Positions 27,896 to 50,710 of a stretch of DNA of 64,000 nt are shown piece by piece. Below the pieces are notes generated by a model. It had not been told where the DNA came from. It was given only the letters and a program-made list of their open reading frames with translations, and did not search any database. Origin of the DNA: Amoebidium appalachense (lineage: Eukaryota > Protista > Ichthyosporea); the NCBI GenBank assembly GCA_963693365.1, contig CAVNZM010000007.1:603479-667478 (forward strand), given 5' to 3'. The stretch's first letter is position 1; each line of letters starts with the position of its first letter. Made by a program: the position numbers and the translations under genes.

Positions 27896-29204
27896 ATGCC
27901 GCCGAAACGCGCTGCCGCGAAAAAAGCGGAAGGGAAAGCACAGTCAGTGAAAGGTGGAGGTGGTTGTGGTGGTGGTGGGAGGGGGAACAAGGGAGAGGAA
28001 GAGGTAGAGAGAGAGAAAATCGAAGAAAATAATGAAATTCATCTGTCGGAAAACGAGAGTTCTCCACCAGCAAAGCGACCACAACGACAGAGAAAAGCGC
28101 CTGCAAAAAAAATGAAAGAGGAGAGCGAGGGAGAAGAGGATTGGGAGAAGGAAACCGACGAGGAAAGTTTGGAAGAAGAGAGCGAAGAAGAGCAAGAAGA
28201 GGGGGAAAAGGGGAGAAAGAGTAGCAAAAGAAAGGCACCAGCGACGGGAGGGAAGGAAGCCAAACAGCTAGCGAGAAAGAGAGGTCGTAAGAAGGTTAAC
28301 ACGGAGGGAGACAAGGAGGAAGGGGAGGAAAATTTGGATGGTAGTGGGGGGGAGGAAGAAGATAGTGTGGGTGAAATGTTTGTTGAAGCCGCGCACCTTG
28401 CCACGGCCGAGCAGAGGGAGGAGGAGATGGCGCCTTTAACGAGGGACATACTGAGGGTGGTGGGGGCGCGTGTGCACAACTTAAAGAACGTCAGTATTGA
28501 CGTGCCGAAGAAGAAGGTGTGTTTAATTTGCACGTGCGATTTGGGGTTACAGGTACTGGCATTTGCCTATTTGGAAGAAGGGTTTAGAGGAGGATATGGG
28601 CAGTATTCAATAAAGGCATGCTATGCTTTCTTATCCCCCCAGTTGTGCATGCATTCTTGTACAACCCCCCCCCCCCCTTCCCCCCTCCCCCCATTCCCTC
28701 GCCACCCAGTTCTCCACTCCCACTTGTCCCCCCCCCCCCCCCCCCCCTAAATCCTCCTTTGTTTATAAGGAAAATTTCCACAAAGCACTGAAAATTGGGT
28801 AGGTGTGTAGCTACATATGGCACTGCACAAAAGCTTTGGAGTGCAAATAGTCTGTTTTTCTGTCCCCCCCCCCCCCATTGCCTATCTTCCCCCCCCCCTC
28901 CCCCCCCCTCCCCTCCCCCCCCCCCCCCCCCCCCCCACCCACCCACGCTCTCCTCCCTAATCCTTTAGACAAAGTTGCATTTTTTGAGACTCTCGCCTAC
29001 TCACATACTGTTCCTCCGTGTATAATTTCGTTTTTCAGTTTTTCTCTGAACTTTTTCGTTTTCCCTTGCAGGTTGTTGTGTTCACGGGCCCATCGGGGTC
29101 AGGCAAGTCCTCCCTCGTATTCGACACGATATTTTCTGAGGCCCAGCGACAGCTCTTTGAGACTTTCAGCTCGTTTGCAAGAATGCGCCTGCCAAAGGTG
29201 GTTA

Positions 29205-29236
<32 letters not shown>

Positions 29237-30468
29237 GCCCCACACACTCACACACACACACGCGCTCTTTTCGTTTTTTCCCCCTTTTTCGTATCTTCTC
29301 TGCCTCTCCCCCTCCCCTCCTCCTCCCCCCCCCCCCCCCCCCCCCCCTTTCCCCCGCGCTCCCATCCTCCAGCTGCAGGAGGGGGGAAGGGGGGGGAGGA
29401 GGGGAGGGGGGGGAGGTCCACCATCTGTGCTCTCCGTGTAACAGCGGGTAAGCCTGTGATATGGTGATGATAAAACGAGGAATGGATGAAGGTCGAAACG
29501 TAGACTGGAGGGTGTTGAACGGGGAAGGCAAGGTGGATATGACACTAAATCGGTTGTAGTGTAAATGTTCCCCTATGGAAGGCAAGGTGGATATGACACT
29601 AAATCGGTTGTAGTGTAAATGTTCCACTATGGTATCCCCCCTCCTCCCCCCCCCCCCCCCCCCCCCCCCGCCTCCACTGCCCCACTGACATTCCCTTTCG
29701 TTTTCTCTGTGTTTCCCCCCTCCCCCCCCCCCCCCCCCCCCCCCCCCCCCATATACCATTATAGACACAAATTAAGAGAATATACTTGGACTTAAGAGTT
29801 AGTGAGCTTATAATTTTTGATATTTTTTTTTTTTTTTATTGCAGTATCTTATTCAAAGACGGGTTGTTTGCTGACACATGTATCTATTCAGATGGATCGG
29901 CCCGAGATGGACATCATCCACAATCTTTCATCGGCAATCGTGATCGATCAGAAACGATTAGGCCGCAGTCCAAGTAGTACAGTCGGTACCGTCACCGAAA
30001 TCTACACATTCCTTCGTCTCCTATTCGCTCGCGTGGGGGAACCATGCTACAATAACTCAACGTATTTCAGTTTTAACAAACCCGAGGGGATGTGCGATAC
30101 GTGCAAGGGGGTGGGGAAGACGTTGAGAATGGATGAGGATAAGTTGATTGATTGGGACAAGAGTATCAATGAGGGGGCATTGAGGCACCACCACACACAA
30201 GTTGGCGGATGGTAGGTGACTTACTTACCCCAGACCCCATTCCCAACATAACCCCTCCCTCCCCCCCCCTCCCCCCCCCCCCCCCCCCTCGGCCCTCCCT
30301 GAGGATGGGCTCTGCTTATGACGCATACTGTGCGCATGGCTGATACTGCATACTTGAATGTTTGCCTTTGCATGTGTCCTGCACCATGCTTCTCATCGTG
30401 TATGCGTACTTCGTACTGTGTTCCGCATTCAAACCCCCTCCCCCCCTCACCTCCCGATCTACATTCTC

Positions 30469-30500
<32 letters not shown>

Positions 30501-30779
30501 TTACTTCTCCATCCTTTCTTCTTTGCTCTTTTTTGGGTTTTTTTTGGATACTGCATTGTTTATATACCCACTCTGTGTCAATTGTGGTGTGTTTGTGCTG
30601 CGTAGTACACTAAGATCATAATCCCCCCCAAAACCAACTCCCATTTTTTTGTCTTTTTGGATGGGATGTCAAGGGAAGGGGGGGGGGGGGGGGGGGGGGT
30701 ACTAAAGTGCCGTATACAGTAGCTGCCAAGCACACCCATATCTAACCAACAGCCACAAGTACCAAGTTCGTCTGGGTGT

Positions 30780-30824
<45 letters not shown>

Positions 30825-31135
30825 GTGTAGAAAGGTATTGTGGTGGAGAGGGGATAGAGATCAAGGAGCAGAGTTTGGGGTGATGGGGGCAGGGGGGAGG
30901 GGGAGGGTAAAGTAGAGTCAGTTCGAGTACCGTGGGGGGCGCCGGGGGCGTTCGGGGGGTGGGAGGGGGGGGGGGGGGGGGGGGGGGGCACATTCATGGT
31001 GTGTTTTGGTTCTGAGACCTCATCCCCCCTCCCCCCCCCCCACCCGCACACACACACAACCTTCCCACACACATGCATGCCCAACCCCCCCCCCCCCCCC
31101 CCCAAATCCCCCCCCCAATCCCCCCCCTCTCCTCC

Positions 31136-31171
<36 letters not shown>

Positions 31172-31697
31172 ACACACACACAGGATCCACCTCACCATGC
31201 AAGCCTGCCGCCTCTTCCCGCTCGACAAACCCCTCAAACGGTTCACCGCAAAGGAAAAAGAGCTCCTCCTATACAGCAAGAAAATTAGCGTTGACGCCAA
31301 AAACCCCGAATCGGGCGTAAGCTACAAACGAAACTGGGAAGGGGTGATGACAGGAATTATGCGTCGACTCATGGACAGGGGGAATGAAGATATTTCAGAG
31401 AAAGATCGTGCATTTTTGAGCATGAATCCGTGTGTGGATTGTTCTGGAACGAGGTTGAATGAGAGAGCACGTGGTGTGAAGGTGCTTGGGAAGGGAATTA
31501 GTGAGTTGGCCGCTATGGAGGTGGCTGATCTCTACCAATGGTTTTTGCAGGTGTGTGATGAGACCCCCCTCCCTCCCCCCCTTCCCCCCCCCCCCCCCCC
31601 TCCCCCGGCCTTCCACCAAAAACCCCTCTTTCCCTCTTTCTCTCTCTCTCTCTCCCCTCCCCCCATCCTCCCCTCTTCACCCCCTCCCGTTGCCCCT

Positions 31698-31734
<37 letters not shown>

Positions 31735-32844
31735 AAAAAAAGGAAATGAAAATGAAAAGAAAAGAAAGAAACAACCACCACCACGTCCACACCCATTAAC
31801 ACCTTCTCCATCATCTCGTGCGGGAGAGGTTTAGAGTCGAGAATGCCCCTTTTTTTGGAGGCATAGGAATCATACTGATGATTGGCTCTGTGCAATCACA
31901 CTTTCGCGAGCCCAATTGTCGTAAGTGTTTTCGGCTTTGTGGGTTTTTCAGGTGTTTGCTCCTGTGGATGCCACCCTCTTACACATACATCCCCCCCTCC
32001 CCCCCCCCCCCCCTCCCCCCCTTCTCCCCCACCTCCTTCCCAAACACACACACACCACTACCACCCACCCACCCGCCCGCCCCCTTCTCCCTCCCTGCCC
32101 TCTTTCCCCCCTCCCCCCCCCCCTCCCCCCCCCCCCCCCCCCCCCCCCCCCCAACACCACCACCACTACACACACACACACCCTACACCTAAATCCCCCC
32201 TCCCCTTTCCCCCCTCCCCCGTTTCCCACGCCCCCTTCCCTCTCCCCCTCCCCCCCCCCCCCACCACCACCACCATCACCATCCCCCCGCAGGCGGACCT
32301 ACCCCCCGTAGCCAAACCCATCATCACGCGCATCAACGAACGTCTCTCCACTCTCGTGTCTGTGGGTGTGGGCTATGTTTCCTTGGACAGACCTGTTCCC
32401 TCCCTGTCTGGGGGGGAGTCACAACGAGTGAAGATGGCTAAACAGCTGGGGTGCAGTCTTGTCGATATGATCTATGTCTTGGATGAACCCAGTGCGGGGT
32501 TGCATCCGAGGGATGTGTGCAAGGTGATGGCAAGTCGAACACCCCCTTCTTTTCCTCGCCTACCCCCCTCCCCGACTCCTTTGATCGTTTCTCTTGACTT
32601 TCACCGCCAGCATGCAAACTTTCTGGCACTCACCCATGCACCCCACCCCCCCTGCCCCGACTTCCCTTCTCACCCCTGTTATCTACTGTATCTTTCTCCC
32701 GCTCTCCCCAACACCCAACAGCCGGCACTGAATTTGCAAGTGAAAGTGCAGTGTTCTGGCTGTGGGGTTACCGCTCACCCTCTTTTTCATTTCGCTCCCT
32801 GCTTCACGCGCGCACATATATACACTCTCGTGCATGCATGCGTG

Positions 32845-32884
<40 letters not shown>

Positions 32885-33768
32885 GAACAGATGCTCCGCC
32901 GCCTCTGCGACGGCGGGAATACGGTGCTCGTAGTGGAACACGATTCCCAACTGATCGAGTCATCTGATTGGGTCGTCGATATGGGCCCTGGGGCGGGGAC
33001 ACAGGGAGGAAAAGTGTTATTCAGTGGAACTGTTTCGGATCTCAAACAGACAAGCACAGCTACGGCTTTGCAACTAACAAGGGAAACGAGATATCATGAT
33101 GTGAAGGAGAGGAGAGTGAGGAAGGGCGAATGGGTGCTGGAGGGGTGTAGGGAGAACAATCTGCAGGACATCACCGTAACACTGCCCAAGGGGGTCTTTG
33201 TGTGCGTGGTAAGTGGTTTGGGAAAGGGGGGGGGGGGGAGGGGTTTAAATGTGTTTTTTTAGGGGGGAGGGGTGTCACAGGAAATTTTTGAACCGGGAAA
33301 TTTTTGCACTGTGGTTTGATCAGTATTTGAATTATCGTGTCAATGGGATTTGAACTTGGTTTTTTTCGTGCTCATTGGTTATGTTAGCAAATAGATATGA
33401 GCAACATGCTTCTGGTAGTTGTTTTTGTTGGTTTTCTAGCATTTTTTGGGCAACCAAAGAATGTCAGTTTCGTGTCCCCCTAAACCCCCCGTTACGGCGC
33501 AAGGGGGGGGGGGGGGGGGGGATTATTTGCGAGCTGGAGTCGACTTAGGTTCTATATAGAGCGGAAATTCTATAGAGAAACACACAACCACCTAAACAGA
33601 GCAAAAAAAAGTATTCAGAAAAACAGAACGTTCGACATAACACTCATTTCAAACAAAGGTAGGTAGCATTTTTCTATACAGTCTAGGGAGACGATCCAGT
33701 GCAAAAATTTCCCAGTGCAAAAATTTCCTGTGACAGGGGGGGGGGGGGAGGGGTTTGAGCACGGTAAG

Positions 33769-33799
<31 letters not shown>

Positions 33800-35112
33800 A
33801 TGGGGTGTGAGCACGGTAAGTTTGGGGGGGGGGGGGGGGGGGATGGGGTGTGAGCACGGTAAGTTGGGGGGGGGGGGGGGGGGGGGGGGATGGGGTGGGG
33901 TTTTATGTGTGCGTGTGGGAGGGGGGAGGGGTTGTGTGTGGGGTAGGTAGGTTTTGAGAAAAAGGGGTCTTGGTCTGTGAGTTGTAATGAAATTCGCCTG
34001 AATGCAATGAACTCAGATGAGTTCAATGCCTCACCTATGAAAGTTGGTGTGACCAGTGTTCCTCCATGCAATCAGCATATATTCAACTTGTCTTGAGGTG
34101 TGAATGCTCCCCAGCCTAACCAGCATATTCAACGAATATCTAGGAGCTATCTTTCAGGTCACATTTGTGTGCACAAAATCCCCAGTAATCTAACCCTTTG
34201 CCTATCCACGCAGGTTGGTGTGAGTGGCAGTGGTAAGTCCTCCTTTGTGCACGGTGTGTTCTGCAAACGTCACCCCGAAGCCGTAGTAATCGACCAGTCG
34301 CCGATAGGCCGCACCAGTAGAGGTAGTCCCGTCACATACACGGGCGCATTTGACTATATCCGCAAGGAATTTGCAAAGGTATTTCCCCCCCCCCCCCCCT
34401 CCCCCCCCACCTTCTCCCGCGAGGCACATACACAGACATATGCCTAACCTCCCGTGCTCTACCACCTCTCCTTCCGTCCCCCCCCCCCACCTCCCGGTCT
34501 TGCAGCCCCTGCTCGGCCAAGGTTGACTTTACTCTCTCTAATTGCAGTGTCGGTTGACGACAGGCATGCACATGCACACATCCCCTTTTTTCGTGTGAGC
34601 ATGTGTGATTGAAATAGCCTCTAGGTTGTAGTTTGCATGTGTTTGCCTGGCAAGCAGCACACATTATTGTCGTCCTAACATGTTGATTAGGAATGTTGTT
34701 TAAGACTTGTGATTATTCGAATTTGGAATGTAGGTGTATCAATAACAATAAAACGACATTACATAAATGGCTATGGAATTACCTATTTAGGAAACAAATA
34801 AGAGCAATAAACGAACGGCGAAAATACACTGGCTGACTTTAATGCGTCTTTTCCTTTTTAGGAAACAGGTGAAGATGCAGGACTATTCAGTTTCAACAGC
34901 ACGGGTGCATGCCCCAAATGCAAGGGGCAGGGGAGGTGCAAAGTGGAGATGGCTTTTCTTGAGGATGCGGTGGTGTTGTGTGACAAATGTAGGGGGAAGA
35001 GATATACAAGATACGTGCTGGGGTTGAGGGTGAGGGGGAAGAATATTCACGATGTGTTGAATATGACCGTGGATGACGCTCTCGGGTACGTGGGATTCCA
35101 TATCTTTGGCCC

Positions 35113-35179
<67 letters not shown>

Positions 35180-36431
35180 TGTTGTGTGTCTTGCCCCCTC
35201 TGTGTGTCTATCTGCCTGTCTTCCTCTCACATCCCCCCCCCCCCCCCCCCCCCCCCCCGCCCCTCTCTCTCCCCTCCCCCCTCCCCCCCCCTTCCCCGGC
35301 ATGATTATCTATTTACTACTGTTTGTGGTAGTTATGATTTCAGATGAACCGTTTTTTTTAAGTTTAGAATGAAGACTCGAGAAAATGGCAGCCCCTCATC
35401 TAAAGTTACGACCTGTGAGTCGCAGACAATTAGATTGTTCATAATCTCATTGGTTTATCCACATTCCACAGCTTCTTCTCAGCCAATAGCAACGTAGTGC
35501 GCCGTCTCGAGATGCTGTCCAGTGTTGGTCTGGGCTACGTTACTTTGGGCCAATCCCTGTCCACGCTGAGTGGGGGGGAGGCACAGCGGCTCAAACTGGC
35601 CAGTGAATTACACAAGGAGGGGTGCCTGTATGTGATGGATGAGCCCACAACGGGGTTGCATATGAAGGTGGGTGGGTGGGGGGAGGCGGGGAGGCGGGGG
35701 GGGGTGGGGAAGGGTGGGAAGGGGAGCAGAGGAGGGGGGGGGGGGGGGGTGGAAGCTTCCGGTAGGGGGCGGGTTGTGTGACTTTGATGAATCTCCTACA
35801 CTTGCGGGGTTGTGTGCTGTAGTAGTGGTGGTGGACGGAGGGCGGGGGGGGGGGGGGGGGGGGGGGGGGGGAGGAGGGGGATGGGATGGGGATTGTGTGT
35901 TTTTTGAGGGCTGGGGGGAGGGCGGGGGGGGGGGGCTCGTGTGAGACACAGAAGAACCGGGATAAGAGAAGTGTACGGGGAGGTGGTGGTGGTGTGGGGG
36001 GGGGGTTTGAGAGGTTGCACCTGTGTTTATGTAAGCTTTTTGGCGCTGGAGGGGGCTGGCGGGAGGGAAGGAGGCGATGTGTGTTTGTGTGTGTGTGTAT
36101 GTGTGTTGTTTGTGTGTGCGTGTGTGTTTTGTGGGGAGGGTGGGGTAGGGAAGGTTTCAACGAGATAACTCTAAATTACGAGATAACCAATTTAAATTTC
36201 AACCCATAGGACGTAGAGGTGCTCCTTGGAGTGGTGGATAGACTTGTGAGCCAGGGCAACAGTGTCGTCATAGTCGAGCACAATCTAGATGTCATCGCAC
36301 GTGCTGATTGGTTGATCGAGTTTGGGCCAGAGGGGGGTAAAGCGGGGGGCAGGGTGGTTGCGGAGGGAACACCGGAGCATGTGGCTACATGCGAGACTGC
36401 AACGGGAGTGTTTTTGAAGCAGGTGTTGTAG
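27896..36431 (+). CDS. uvrA: Class II UvrA-like ABC ATPase (UvrA2/DrrC/Ecm16 type), ~932 aa, 10 exons (27896-28516, 29072-29197, 29892-30211, 31184-31550, 32293-32523, 32882-33208, 34214-34378, 34862-35085, 35472-35667, 36210-36431)
   Basis: Motifs in order: [15 protein letters not shown], Walker [82 protein letters not shown], second Walker [29 protein letters not shown]...[46 protein letters not shown]. The exons join into a 2799-nt uninterrupted frame. Confidence 0.95.
33273..33735. mobile_element. MITE with 39-bp TIRs (TGT...ACA termini) inside uvrA intron 6
   Basis: Left TGTCACAGGAAATTTTTGAACCGGGAAATTTTTGCACTG, right CAGTGCAAAAATTTCCCAGTGCAAAAATTTCCTGTGACA (2 mismatches). Flanked by G-runs, so the TSD is ambiguous. 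Confidence 0.8.
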
Positions 36432-36740
36432 GGATGGGGGATGGTGGGGGGGGGGGGGGGGGGGAGGCCAGGAAGGGGAAGGGTGGAGAGGAAGGTTGAG
36501 GGGGGAGGGGGGGGGGGGGTAAAGGGGGGAAACGAGTGTTTAGGTTGAGAGTGCTATCTAGGGGTTAGCATTGGCTCTATGTTAGGATGTGTGTGGAGGT
36601 GGTTGTGGGAGATTGCGGGATCAGAAAAAACGGAGGGGGGGGGGGGGGGTTTGGTGTTTAGAACACCCATGGTATTGGAGGGTCGATATGGTTAGTCTCG
36701 TGTGTGTGTGTGTGGGTGGGTGGATGGGTGGGTGTGTTTG

Positions 36741-36795
<55 letters not shown>

Positions 36796-36862
36796 ATGCA
36801 CACGTATGCGTGCGCGCATGTGTGTGTGTGTGTGTGTGTGTCCTTAGCAGGAAGGGGGGCGT

Positions 36863-36897
<35 letters not shown>

Positions 36898-37552
36898 ATA
36901 TTCTCTTCGTGTCAGTGCCTGTGCTTTTTGATACCGTACCAAGAGGGTACAATTCTGTAGATTTGCAAGAATACCAAGCCTAATACGCTTATTGACACAA
37001 CAATTTTACCATGTACGGGTAGATGTACAAATAAACTTAGCCACGTACAAAGCTGCCAGTTTTAAGTATTTACAATAGGCATTCTGACAAAATATTTAGT
37101 ATTATGCCCGATCGAGTTTTATTAGGACTCTCGGGGGTTGAAATTTAGTATCAATGTAGGGTTGCAAATAGTATATAGGCAGTGCTGTATTATGCACGTG
37201 TACATACTTAAAGGGTTGCTGGTATGAGATTTTGTTCAGGACTCAAATGAAAAAAATGGAATAAAGCATCGGTGGTGGCCATAATTTTAAAGAAAAAATG
37301 TATGGACCAATAATCCGTGCGCGATCGCATTGATTAGCCAAATATGGAAGTTTGGGCGGGAAGTTTTGGCGCGCAAAACAAAATTTATAAACAACTAAAA
37401 AAGCAGGAATAAAGGAGCCCAGTGATATGGATGGGCGAGACTGAAGGGCGGCAGAATACAGTTTCTTGTGTGTGTGTCCCCCACCTCTCCATGCATGTCT
37501 GTGTTTGGTATGTGTGTGCGCGCACGTGTGTGTGTGTGTGCGTGTGTACGTG

Positions 37553-37583
<31 letters not shown>

Positions 37584-38522
37584 GTACATGTGTGTGTGTG
37601 CGCACGCACGTGTGTGTGTGTGTGTGCGCGGGCTGGCGTGCATGTGTGTGTGCGTGTGCGTGTGCGTGTGCGTGCGCGTGTGTGGCGTGCGCGCTACAGC
37701 GCGTGTGTGCGCGTGTGCGTGCACACCCACATGCACGTACACTCGTTTGTAGAGGTGGGTGTGATTTTTTGGGCAGCCGAGTGAGAGGAAGGGGGGGGGG
37801 GGGGGGGGGGGGGGGTGTCAAGTTTCAAGTTGCCTGCTAGGCGACACACTCTTTCAGCATCTGTTTGTCTTGGTGTGTTTAATATGTTTTCAACTTAATT
37901 GGATCAAATTCATCGTGGCATCGACATGCACAGCTGCCCCGTACGGGTACTGTCATAACATGATCCGGTTGGGAGCCAAGTGAATACATAATACAATTTT
38001 GTGGCTGAATGGGGCAAGTATAATCCTTAAAAGCATTAATATCTAAATAACACAAAGAACATAACCTTGCTTGAAGAGCACTGTTTAGTGACGTGTATGT
38101 ACGTATTCGGGTTCACCTTTTCTCAGGCTCCCCCCCCCCCCCCCCCCCCCTCCCCCCCTCCCCCCTCCCCCCTCCCCCCCCCCCCCCCCCCGCCCCCCAA
38201 AAAATAAAAATAAAAATGCGCACGAGTACATGCAAACACACACGTGAACGAGTTAATAGCACCCCGCACCAACAACCAAATAAACGGGACTAGCCTAACC
38301 CGCTCAGCGTATATTACTATATATGGAAGTCATGGTAGGTGCATGGGGACTGATGTCAACTGTACGTGCCCATAAAACTTATTATGATATCCAGATACAA
38401 TACAAGCATATCTCGTGCACGATAACTGGATATAATACTTGTGGATATACACACTATCTCAGAGAAACTATGGACAATCATGTAAATATAACCCGAATAG
38501 CATCAAAGTCTTAAGTTTCGAA

Positions 38523-48200
<9,678 letters not shown>

Positions 48201-49094
48201 TGCCCGAGGTACACACACATCTGCGCGTGCCAAACACATGTGCCTCCGCGCGTCATCAAAGGGTGGCAGGTGTGACGCACTGGCATAGCACTGTCACAGC
48301 ACCAACAGCAGCAAGCACACGTGACAGGTACATATATCGCATGATGACAGAGGTGCACGTGTGTGGGACATACACGTGCCGTGCATGTTTTCACTTGTGC
48401 ACGTGTATGGGTGTGTAACGGTGTGCGATAAGACCCCCAAACGTCCACCTTCGCGCCAGAGTATTCAAAGAGAGAGAGAGAGCGCGCTGTTTGTTGAAGA
48501 CACAACGTTTCTGAAAACCCTGCATTTCTAGCGTTTTGGCTTGCCGCCGTTTTCAATGTTGTGGCAATGTGTCTCGCATTGTCTATCATTTTGATTGGTG
48601 GTTGTCTATGGTGATGGAACAGATGCCGAAGTTTGGTCGGTGAGTGAACTTAGTATCAAACAGAAGAGAAAAAAAATTCGCTCTTCTATGTTCAGCTATT
48701 ATATTATATAATGCCCGGATGGAATTTTTTACGGACTTTGCAGCGTAGCGCACAGCGCGTTGGCTGCTTTACTTTCGAAAAGTTTGTACACCATACTGGA
48801 ATTTCAAACCATGAAATTAAGATATTTGATTTGTTTACAATCACGTCATTGTATCACCAAAAATGTATTCACAATCCACCAATCTGGTAGATGGTTGATA
48901 TATCTATCAGTAAAAAATAAACGGTTGAAACTTTTTGTATCATTCATGATGTAAAATTCTCGTAATATATTTTCATCAGAACTAGTTTTGCAAAAAAAAA
49001 CATGCTATGTGACCATATATTGCAAGCGCAGTGCTATTGCCATCAAAACGTCATCGCTTCATTAGCCACATGATTGGTGGACATTGCATCGATT

Positions 49095-49384
49095 TTGGGA
49101 TATTCGGGTTGGTTGTAAGGTTTTCCGGATCGGGCCGAAGGCCTTAACGTGCCTGCGGCCCGTCTATTGGGCCATAGGCCCTAGGCCGCTAGGCCTGGGG
49201 CCCGGGGACCCGGGGACCCGGGGGCCCGGCCCGGCCCGCGAGCCACCACCCCCCCCCCGGCCCGGCCCGGATCCGGGGTTAGCAGAGTCTCGGCCTAGGG
49301 CCTATGGCCCAATAGACGGGCCGCAGGCCCGTTAAGGCCTTCGGCCCGACCCGGAAAATCTTACAACCAACCCGAATATCCCAA
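49095..49384. repeat. GC-rich hairpin: ~94-bp inverted arms around a GGCCC/CCGG-rich core
   Basis: 49097-49188 (GGGATATTCGGGTTGGTTGTAAG...CCCTAGGCCG) is the reverse complement of 49291-49382, with ~3 mismatches. Confidence 0.9.
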
Positions 49385-49922
49385 TATTGCTTCATTCTGA
49401 TTGGTTGTCACACCACGGGGTTTCCCGATTGTTCTTCGAATGACATTTGCTATCACTATCAGACAGTTCTCCAATATCAGAACAGAAAACGGTCTCTACC
49501 CAGATGGCCAGATGGCCAGGTCAAATTCAGTGTGTGGAAAAAGGTGGATAAAACGGGATAAAACGGTGAGCAAAATGATCTGGCCATCTGGCCATGTGGC
49601 CATGGAATCTCTATATCTAAAAATAGCTGCCACTGCGCCGGGGCGTGGTTCCGGGAGGCAGGGGAGCAGGGGAGCAGGGGGAGGCACGTGAGCACTCACT
49701 GGGGCCTGGTTCCGGGAGGCAGGGGAGCAGGGGGGGCACCCAGTGTGTGGGTGTGCATGTGGCAGGGGAGCAGGGGGGCAGGGGGGCAGGGGGGCTGGGG
49801 GGCAGGGGGGCAGGGGGGCAGGGGGGCTGGGGGGCAGGGGGGCAGGGGGGCTGGGGAGACTGGCATGCCACTCACGGGGAGGATAGTGTATGTTGGCACG
49901 TGTGGGTGTGTGGGTGGTTTTT

Positions 49923-50406
49923 TTATTTGGGCTTGTGCTTATGGCAATGGGTCGTAGATTTCACCCTGTTTTTGCAGGGATTGCCAGCCTTGGTTTTGCC
50001 CTGGCAGTACCCATTTTCCCTGCCCACACCCACCGCTGCAGCTGCAACCGGTGGCTGTGGTGCACCCATGGGTGGATCCGGAGTGGACACAGTCAGCGCG
50101 GGTACCCCGGTGCGCTCGGTGCGAGGGCGCTGCATTTCTGCGACTGTAAAGGCGGCCAGGAGGTCGTCCAGCAGGAGGTTTGCATGAGCATAGTCCCCGG
50201 CCTTGTGGGGGTGGAGGATGTTGATGGTGTTGTCGCTGTAGAGGAGGACACCGGTGGCAGGGGCAAAGCATACCCAGGGCTTGAAGCCGTCCTTGTGGTG
50301 TGGGCATGTTTTCTTTTTTGTTTTTGCACTGGGCTTTTTTTGAGGGTGCAAATGCAGGGCATCGTTCGGGGTCAACCGAATCGGGGCGCAAAAGTGCGTC
50401 TCCCAT
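49923..50406 (-). CDS. Small intronless protein with two CCCH-type Zn-binding motifs; one frameshift in an A-run near 50310-50325
   Basis: MGDALL...RCPAFAPSKKAQCKNKK in one frame continues as KTCPHH...YCQGKTKAGNPCKNRVKSTTHCHKH in another. The C-x3-TKxGxxC-x9-C-x2-H motif resembles small domains common in large DNA viruses. Confidence 0.65.
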
Positions 50407-50710
50407 TTCTAGTGTTTTGTTTTGGTGTGCACTGTTCTTGGATTGGGGTGAAGCGAGACAAAAAGTAAAAGCGAGTACTTTTTGTTGACTGGTTGATGGC
50501 ATATCAATCAATCTCTTGGTGCCAAACCACTGACCAATCACATGGGTGTATTCACGAATTCCAATCTAAATTCGGCATCTGGAGAGAGGGGTACTGGTAA
50601 AACACAAGAGCAACACGGCATCAAGAGTTTGTACCACAGGCAAGATCTCAGAGAGGTCACTTTTGGGGTGTAACACGTCGGATACTGAAAGTTTTGTGAG
50701 GTACACGTAC

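Noticed and set aside
27896-36431. Bacterial contamination as the source of uvrA
   Set aside because: Nine spliceosomal introns with host-type microsatellites, and eukaryotic neighbouring genes
50305-50330. Programmed -1 ribosomal frameshift at AAAAAAG
   Set aside because: The required shift is +1 and the heptamer is not in the zero frame; an indel or sequencing error is more likely
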